Positions 14,480-20,587 of a stretch of DNA of 20,587 nucleotides are shown piece after piece. This stretch comes from Gemmatimonadota bacterium (GTDB lineage: Bacteria; Gemmatimonadota; Gemmatimonadetes; Gemmatimonadales; Gemmatimonadaceae). Numbering within the stretch: position 1 is the first letter of the stretch; every line of letters begins with the position of its first letter. A model generated the notes under the pieces. That model worked only from the letters and a program-made list of their open reading frames with translations, had not been told where the DNA came from and made no database searches. The position numbers and the translations under genes are program-made. The stretch lies in NCBI GenBank assembly GCA_040389905.1, contig JAZJZK010000066.1:4418-25004 (forward strand). Reading direction: 5' to 3'.

Positions 14480-16869
14480 CACTCGCGCGCACCGCAGATC
14501 CGGTCGAGATCCTCGAGGCCAACGCGAACCTCGCGCCCCTTCGGTCCGGACTTCGGGTCGAGAACACCTGCGTCGGCCAACTGATCGATCACCCGCGCCG
14601 CGCGCCCGTAGCCGATGCCCAGGCGGCGCTGGAGGAGTGAGGTCGACCCGCTCTGATTCTGGATGCAGAGCTCCGCCGCCTCGCGAAAGAGCGGATCGCG
14701 CGCCCCATCGGCCGGCGCACCGTCTTCCCCGCCACCGCCTTCGAGCGCGGCGCGCGCCTCTGCCTCGCGCGTGCGGACGGTCTCGAGGATGTCCGGTTCG
14801 TCCGGAGACATTTCCGCCTCGAAGACCAGCCCCTTCTCCGCGAGCGCCGCGCGACGCCGGTCGCGCTGGGCCTCGAACCATCCCATCAGCTTCTCTGTCT
14901 CCTCACTCGAGAGGTAGGCACCCTGAAGCCGACTCGGTTCGCTCTTGCCAGGTGGAATGAACAGCATGTCACCGTTGCCGAGGAGCATTTCGGCGCCGCC
15001 CCCGTCGATGATCGTGCGGCTGTCGATCTGACTCGCCACGCGGAACGCGATGCGGCTCGGGAAGTTGGCCTTGATGAGACCTGTGATCACGTTGACCGAC
15101 GGACGCTGCGTCGCAAGAATCAGGTGGATGCCGATCGCGCGCGCCTTCTGGGCGAGCATGGCAATCGGCGTCTCGACTTCCCCCTGCACGGTCATCATCA
15201 GGTCCGCCATCTCGTCGATGATCACGACGATGTACGGCAGGATGTCGCCGCGATAGACGTTGTCTTCGAATGCCACCTCGGGCCGCTTGGGCAGCTTGAG
15301 CGGTGCGTTCTCCTCGACGCGCTTGTTGAAGTCCTGCACGTTCCGGCAACCGTTCGCGGCCAGCAACTCGTAGCGCTCCTGCATTTCCATCACGGCCCAC
15401 TTCAGCACCGCCGCGGCATCGCGGTTGTCGGTGATGACCTTGTGGCGCATGTGCGGCAGCGTGTTGTACACGGACAGTTCGACCATCTTCGGATCCACCA
15501 TCAGGAAGCGCAGCTTCCGCGGCGGATGCCGGTAAATCAGGCTCGTGATGATCGTGTTCACGCAGACGGACTTGCCCGACCCGGTCGAACCGGCGATGAG
15601 CAGATGCGGCATCTTCGCCAGGTCGGCGATGACGGGCTTCCCCTCCAGATCCTTGCCCAGCACGATGGGAAGACCTGCTCGGGCGCTCTTGAAGTCCGCA
15701 TGCTCCACCAACTCGCGAAACCCAACCATTTCTGGGGTGGGGTTCGGCACTTCCACGCCGACCGCACCGCGACCGGGAATCGGCGCGACGATCCGGATGG
15801 ACGCAGCGCGCATGGCGAGCGCTAGATCATTCGACAACGTCGCGAACTGTCGGACCTTGACGCCGGACGCCGGCTCGATCTCGTACTGCGTCACCGTCGG
15901 TCCCGTCGTCCGGTTGACCAGCCGGCCCTCGACCTTGAACGTGCGGAGCGCGTCCATGAGCTTCACGCCCATCGCGTCGAGCTCGCGGCGACCCGCGTCG
16001 GCATGAGGAGACTCCACGTAGTTGAGGAGGTCCGTGGGAGGACACTCGTCAGACCGCGGATCCGGGAGTTCCGTTGCATCGATCGCAGCCGCGATCTGCT
16101 CATCACGACCGAGCTTGGGCGTTTCGTCTTTCTTTTTCTTTTTACGCCCCTTCTCGTGGTCCTCGATCGCGGCGTTTTCTTTCGCATCGGCTTCGGCCGA
16201 TGACGCGGTGCGTATCAGCTCGAGCGGGTCACCGATACTCGGGAATTCCTCGGGAGGAGGCTCGAGCTGCGGCGGGACAACCAACGTCTTCTCGTCCTTT
16301 TTCTTGCGCCGCTTTGGTGGTGCATACGCGTCGTCGGCCGGTAGCGCGGACGCAGCAACGGGCATCACTGCCTTGCGGCCAACGATCATCCGAATCGGAT
16401 TCCACCGGAGCGTCACCGCCGTGAGGACGCTCAGTAGCAAGACATAGATGACCCACGCCCCGACGCCGGCGAGCTCGCCGAGATAGTGCGCGGTAAACTC
16501 TCCCCAGAGGCCAGCGACGGGTGTATGGGTTCCGAGCGGCACTGCCAGGATCAGGCCGATGCCAATCGGGAGGAGCAGCACGACGCCGCCCAGAAAGATC
16601 ATCCACGACCGGTCGGTCTCCGACTCCATTCGCCCGAAGAGCCGCAGGGCGTGTACCGCCGGAACCGCCGGCGTCAGTGCGGCGGCCGGCCAACCCAGGA
16701 AGTAGACCAGCGGCATGGCCAGATAGTACCCGAGTGGCCCGAACGCGCCCGTCGTACCCGGCTGCGCCAATCCGTGCGTAATGAGCGCACCGGCCAGAAA
16801 AACCGCGAAGAGGAGGAGCGCGATGCCGGTGAGTTCACGCTTGAGACTGGAACTCCCCATGGGGGTCAC
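14479..16869 (-). CDS. ftsK: DNA translocase FtsK/SpoIIIE
   Basis: N-terminal TM segments, MPHLLIAGSTGSGKS, DPKMVEL, IIDEMADLM, LATQRPSV, gamma domain STSLLQRRLGIGYGRAAR. Start is GTG 16869 or ATG 16860. Confidence 0.97.
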   Translation of the reverse strand: MTPMGSSSLKRELTGIALLLFAVFLAGALITHGLAQPGTTGAFGPLGYYLAMPLVYFLGWPAAALTPAVPAVHALRLFGRMESETDRSWMIFLGGVVLLLPIGIGLILAVPLGTHTPVAGLWGEFTAHYLGELAGVGAWVIYVLLLSVLTAVTLRWNPIRMIVGRKAVMPVAASALPADDAYAPPKRRKKKDEKTLVVPPQLEPPPEEFPSIGDPLELIRTASSAEADAKENAAIEDHEKGRKKKKKDETPKLGRDEQIAAAIDATELPDPRSDECPPTDLLNYVESPHADAGRRELDAMGVKLMDALRTFKVEGRLVNRTTGPTVTQYEIEPASGVKVRQFATLSNDLALAMRAASIRIVAPIPGRGAVGVEVPNPTPEMVGFRELVEHADFKSARAGLPIVLGKDLEGKPVIADLAKMPHLLIAGSTGSGKSVCVNTIITSLIYRHPPRKLRFLMVDPKMVELSVYNTLPHMRHKVITDNRDAAAVLKWAVMEMQERYELLAANGCRNVQDFNKRVEENAPLKLPKRPEVAFEDNVYRGDILPYIVVIIDEMADLMMTVQGEVETPIAMLAQKARAIGIHLILATQRPSVNVITGLIKANFPSRIAFRVASQIDSRTIIDGGGAEMLLGNGDMLFIPPGKSEPSRLQGAYLSSEETEKLMGWFEAQRDRRRAALAEKGLVFEAEMSPDEPDILETVRTREAEARAALEGGGGEDGAPADGARDPLFREAAELCIQNQSGSTSLLQRRLGIGYGRAARVIDQLADAGVLDPKSGPKGREVRVGLEDLDRICGARE

Positions 16870-17612
16870 CGCTCTCGCTCTGGTCCCAGCTTGGTAATCT
16901 GGCGGTCCTGATAGATCGGGATGACGGGATACGAATCCACGGCGCCACAGGTGATGAGGTCCTCACCGAAACCGGCCGCGGCAAGGGCGCGTCCGTGCGC
17001 CGCCGTCTTGAACAGCCGAGGCAGATTCGTTCCGTACTTCTTGTCGATCATCGTCGCGGCCAGCGCCGCATCGTTGAACTCGATGCCCGCGAGGCGCTTC
17101 GCGACCAGGTGCACGACGCGCCCTGCACATGCTGCATCTTCCAAGGCAAACTGGCGATCCTGCCCCGCGCAGACGAGTGTGATATCCGCGCCGCCGCGCA
17201 CCGCCGTCCGCAACATCGTGCTGACCGCGGTGAGATTGACATACGACGCAACCACCACATCGCGCGCACCCTGTACGGCAAGCAGCGCCTTCGTGCCATT
17301 CGTGGTGGCAAGAAGGATCGTTCGCCCCTCGACGGCCTCGCGCGTATGCTCGAGCGGTGAGTTGCCGAGGTCGAAGCCCTCCATCTTCAGCATGCGTCGC
17401 TCGCCCGCGAGCCGGAATGCGCCGCGCTCCAGCTGCTTCGAACGCATCACGGCATCATCGGAATTCTCCATCGGCATGATGGATCGCGCCCCATTCGAAA
17501 GCGCTACGGCGATCGTCGTTGAGGCACGCAATACGTCGATGACCGCCACGACTCGGCCCTGCACATCCTGTGGCGTGAGCTGCTGCACGCCGAACAGCAC
17601 GTCGATTCGCAC
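16866..17612 (-). CDS. comB: 2-phosphosulfolactate phosphatase family protein
   Basis: VIDVLRASTTI, LAGER, GFDLGNSP, TTNGT, LEDAACAG motifs. Confidence 0.92.
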   Translation of the reverse strand: MRIDVLFGVQQLTPQDVQGRVVAVIDVLRASTTIAVALSNGARSIMPMENSDDAVMRSKQLERGAFRLAGERRMLKMEGFDLGNSPLEHTREAVEGRTILLATTNGTKALLAVQGARDVVVASYVNLTAVSTMLRTAVRGGADITLVCAGQDRQFALEDAACAGRVVHLVAKRLAGIEFNDAALAATMIDKKYGTNLPRLFKTAAHGRALAAAGFGEDLITCGAVDSYPVIPIYQDRQITKLGPERER

Positions 17613-18968
17613 CTAACCCGGCTCCTTCATCAGATCAGGCTCCCGTTCCAGGAATTTGGTATCCACGTCCCCACTCTGGAAACGCGGATTCTGCATGACG
17701 CGTGCGAGAAACGGAATCGTCGTCGTCGGCCCTTCGATGATGAACGTCTCCAGTGCGAGCTGCATCTTCGCGAGCGCCTCCGGCCGGTCGCGCCCCTGAC
17801 AGATCACTTTCGCGATCATCGAGTCGTAGAAGGGCGGAACGGTGTAGCCCGCGTACACGTGCGAATCGATTCGCACGCCGTTGCCACCTGGCGGATGATA
17901 GGTGAGGATCTTGCCCGGTGATGGCTGAAAGTTGCGATTGGGGTCCTCGGCATTCACCCGACACTCGATCACGTGACCGCGCAACGGGGGCAGTTCGCGC
18001 ACACTCAATGGCAATCCGGCGGCAACGCGAATCTGCTCCTTCACGAGGTCGACACCCGTGATCATCTCGGTGACCGGATGCTCCACCTGGATACGGGTGT
18101 TCATCTCCATGAAGTAGAACGATCCGTCTTCGTCGAGCAGCATCTCGATCGTGCCGGCGCCGACATAGTCGATCGCCTTGGCGCCGGCGACCGCCGCGTC
18201 TCCCATCCGCTTGCGCAGATCAGGCGTCATCGCAGGGCTCGGACTCTCCTCGATCAGCTTCTGGTGGCGTCGTTGCACCGAGCAGTCGCGTTCTCCGAGG
18301 TGGATCACGTGACCGAACTTGTCACCCATGATCTGAAACTCGATGTGCCGCGGGCGCATCAGGTACTTCTCGACATACACGTCGCCGTTACCGAACGCCG
18401 ATAAGGCTTCACTGCGCGCTAGCTGGAATGAGCGCTCGAACTCCTCGGCGTCCTTCGCGACGCGCATCCCCTTCCCGCCACCGCCGGCCGCCGCCTTGAT
18501 GATGACGGGAAAGCCGATCTGCTTCGCGAAGTCCAACGCTTCATCGACATCTTCGACCGGACCGGGTGTGCCCGGGATGATCGGCACGCCCACGGCCGTC
18601 ATCGCCTTACGCGCCGCGGCCTTGTCACCCATCACGCGGATCTGCTCAGCAGTCGGGCCGATGAACGCGATGTTGCTCGCGGTGACGATCTCGGCGAACT
18701 CCGCGTTCTCCGCGAGGAATCCGTACCCTGGGTGAATCGCGTCTGCTCCGGTGATCTCCGCCGCGGCAATCAGCCGCGGGATGCGAAGATACGAGTCGCG
18801 CGCCGGTGCGGGGCCGATGCACACGTCGTCATCGGCGAAGCGCACGTGCAGCGATTCACGGTCGGCTTCCGAATAGACCGCGACGGTCTGCACGCCGAGC
18901 TCGCGACACGCGCGGATGACTCGGAGTGCAATTTCGCCGCGATTTGCGATCAGGACTTTCTTGAACAT
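17613..18968 (-). CDS. accC: Acetyl-CoA carboxylase biotin carboxylase subunit
   Basis: [60 protein letters not shown]. Confidence 0.98.
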   Translation of the reverse strand: MFKKVLIANRGEIALRVIRACRELGVQTVAVYSEADRESLHVRFADDDVCIGPAPARDSYLRIPRLIAAAEITGADAIHPGYGFLAENAEFAEIVTASNIAFIGPTAEQIRVMGDKAAARKAMTAVGVPIIPGTPGPVEDVDEALDFAKQIGFPVIIKAAAGGGGKGMRVAKDAEEFERSFQLARSEALSAFGNGDVYVEKYLMRPRHIEFQIMGDKFGHVIHLGERDCSVQRRHQKLIEESPSPAMTPDLRKRMGDAAVAGAKAIDYVGAGTIEMLLDEDGSFYFMEMNTRIQVEHPVTEMITGVDLVKEQIRVAAGLPLSVRELPPLRGHVIECRVNAEDPNRNFQPSPGKILTYHPPGGNGVRIDSHVYAGYTVPPFYDSMIAKVICQGRDRPEALAKMQLALETFIIEGPTTTIPFLARVMQNPRFQSGDVDTKFLEREPDLMKEPG

Positions 18969-18978
18969 TCAGTCGCGC

Positions 18979-20154
18979 TCACGACGGAGGAGGACCTTCG
19001 AAACCCGACCAGCTCGTATCGCTGGTGCCGGCTACGCCCTGCACCCGCAACGCGAATTCGCTGGGACTCGTGGCATAGAACACCGCACTTTCGTACGAGA
19101 TGATGCCCTGCTTGTACCACGCCATGAGCGACTGGTCGAAGCTCTGCATTCCGTACTGGACCGTACCCTCCTTGATCAGGTCCGGGATGTTGAGCGTCTT
19201 GTCCATGTCCCGGATCTGGTCGCGCACCGTTTGCGTGTTGATCAGTACCTCTGCTGCAGGAATTCGGCCCGGCTTGTCGGCACGCGGTACCAGGCGCATC
19301 GAGACCACCGCTTGTAACGCGCTCGCCAATGAGAACCGAACCTCGGCCTGCTGGTGCGGCGGGTAGAACGAGAGCACGCGATTGATCGTCTGCGTCGCGT
19401 CTGTGGTGTGCAGCGTGCTGAACACCAGGTGACCCGTATCGGCCGCTTTCAGCGCGGTATCGAGCGTTTCCAGGTCGCGAATTTCACCGATGAGGATGAC
19501 GTCGGGATCCTGGCGCAACACGCGCCGGAGTGCCTGGGCAAACGTCGCCGTATCGGTCCCGACCTCGCGTTGATTGATGTGGCAGTTGATGTCGCGATGG
19601 AGGAATTCAATCGGATCCTCGATCGTGATGACATTCGCCTTCCGGTGCTCGTTGATGTGCTGGATCATCGCGGCGAGCGCCGTGCTCTTTCCCGAGCCGG
19701 TAATCCCGGTGACCAGCACGAGACCGCGCGGCTTGAGCGCAATCTCCTCGAGCACGGTGGGAAGATTCAGCTCCGCCAGCGTCCGCGCCTGATACGGAAT
19801 AGCACGCATCGCATAGCAGAGCGACCCGCGCTGCTGGTACACGTTGCAGCGGAAGCGCCCAATCCCCGGCACACCGATCGCGAAGTCGCACTCCTTGTTG
19901 TCCGTGAACTCCTTCACCTGCCGCGGCGTCATGAGCTGCTCGGCGAGGCCCTTGAGGTCCTCGGGGCGAAGTGGCGACATCTCGAGCGGCGTGAGCTCGC
20001 CGTGCAGCCGAAGCGTTGGCGGGCGACCGACCTTCAAGTGCAGATCGGACGCGCCGCGCTGCACGAGATTCTGGAGGACCGCCTTGAAATTGAATCCGCT
20101 TCCGGCGGGGCCTCCGCCGGCAGCTACTTCCTGCGTGGACCCAGGGTTAGCCAT
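18979..20154 (-). CDS. pilT: PilT/PilU-family type IV pilus retraction ATPase (391 aa)
   Basis: ASDLHL, Walker A GITGSGKST, Asp box TIEDPIE, Walker B DPDVILIGEIRD, His box TGHLVFSTLH, GMQSFDQSL; ATG 20154 overlaps the accB end. Confidence 0.92.
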   Translation of the reverse strand: MANPGSTQEVAAGGGPAGSGFNFKAVLQNLVQRGASDLHLKVGRPPTLRLHGELTPLEMSPLRPEDLKGLAEQLMTPRQVKEFTDNKECDFAIGVPGIGRFRCNVYQQRGSLCYAMRAIPYQARTLAELNLPTVLEEIALKPRGLVLVTGITGSGKSTALAAMIQHINEHRKANVITIEDPIEFLHRDINCHINQREVGTDTATFAQALRRVLRQDPDVILIGEIRDLETLDTALKAADTGHLVFSTLHTTDATQTINRVLSFYPPHQQAEVRFSLASALQAVVSMRLVPRADKPGRIPAAEVLINTQTVRDQIRDMDKTLNIPDLIKEGTVQYGMQSFDQSLMAWYKQGIISYESAVFYATSPSEFALRVQGVAGTSDTSWSGFEGPPPS

Positions 20155-20587
20155 TCGCGTCGATGCGGAAGAGCGCCTGCCCGTACTCAACAGGCTGCGC
20201 ATCGGAGGCGAGCACCTCCAGCACGACACCGGAGACTTCGCTTTCGATTTCGTTCATGATCTTCATCGCCTCGATGATGCAGAGCGTCTGGCCCTTCGAG
20301 ACGCGCGACCCTACCGAAACGTACGGTTTCGCTCCGGGCTCGGGCGCACCGTAGTAGGTGCCGACCATCGGCGACTTTACCTCGATGCCCGCACTCTTGG
20401 CGTCTGCCTTGGGCGCCTCGTCGAGTGCGGAGACCCCCTCTGCGGGCGTCTGCCGCCCGGGAGGCAGGGCCGCGGGAGCGGCCATCATGGGGGCCATCAT
20501 CTGCTGCGGGGCAACCTGCATCGCGGCGCGCCCACTCGGGCTCTTCGAGATGCGGATCTTCATCCCCTTGTCGGAGGAAATCTCGAT
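20147..20587 (-). CDS. accB: Acetyl-CoA carboxylase biotin carboxyl carrier protein (5' end truncated by the window)
   Basis: VKSPMVGTYY, biotinylation motif EAMKIMN, VEYGQALF; Ala/Pro linker; frame stays open to the window edge (IEISSDKG-M). Confidence 0.96.
   Translation of the reverse strand: MEISSDKGMKIRISKSPSGRAAMQVAPQQMMAPMMAAPAALPPGRQTPAEGVSALDEAPKADAKSAGIEVKSPMVGTYYGAPEPGAKPYVSVGSRVSKGQTLCIIEAMKIMNEIESEVSGVVLEVLASDAQPVEYGQALFRIDANG

Overview
GC-rich bacterial chromosomal window made up mostly of core housekeeping genes on the minus strand. Gene content and protein style suggest Gemmatimonadota or an Acidobacteriota-like lineage; this is inference only. There are three minus-strand blocks: (accB partial)-pilT-accC-comB-ftsK-hypothetical, then yraN-recA-[334-bp gap]-recX, then alaS-hypothetical-PHP tyrosine phosphatase-gmhA-SDR-asparaginase, the last coupled throughout by 4-bp stop/start overlaps. 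Two plus-strand cassettes interrupt this backbone: a PadR regulator plus duplicated orphan ABC-type permease (ADOP-like), and a class I SAM methyltransferase plus a secreted hypothetical protein. No rRNA, tRNA, CRISPR, transposase or integrase was seen. The best unexplained signal is a candidate ~90-nt structured small RNA between recA and recX, with its own sigma70-like promoter, a G.U-containing closing stem that pairs only on the minus strand, and a U-rich 3' end. Also notable: a recA promoter with a LexA-like GTTC-N7-GTTC box over its -10, a palindromic operator upstream of padR, a 43-bp REP-like element in two copies (one translated inside a gene's C-terminus), a 15-unit heptamer array at the window edge, and probable leaderless alaS and yraN mRNAs.
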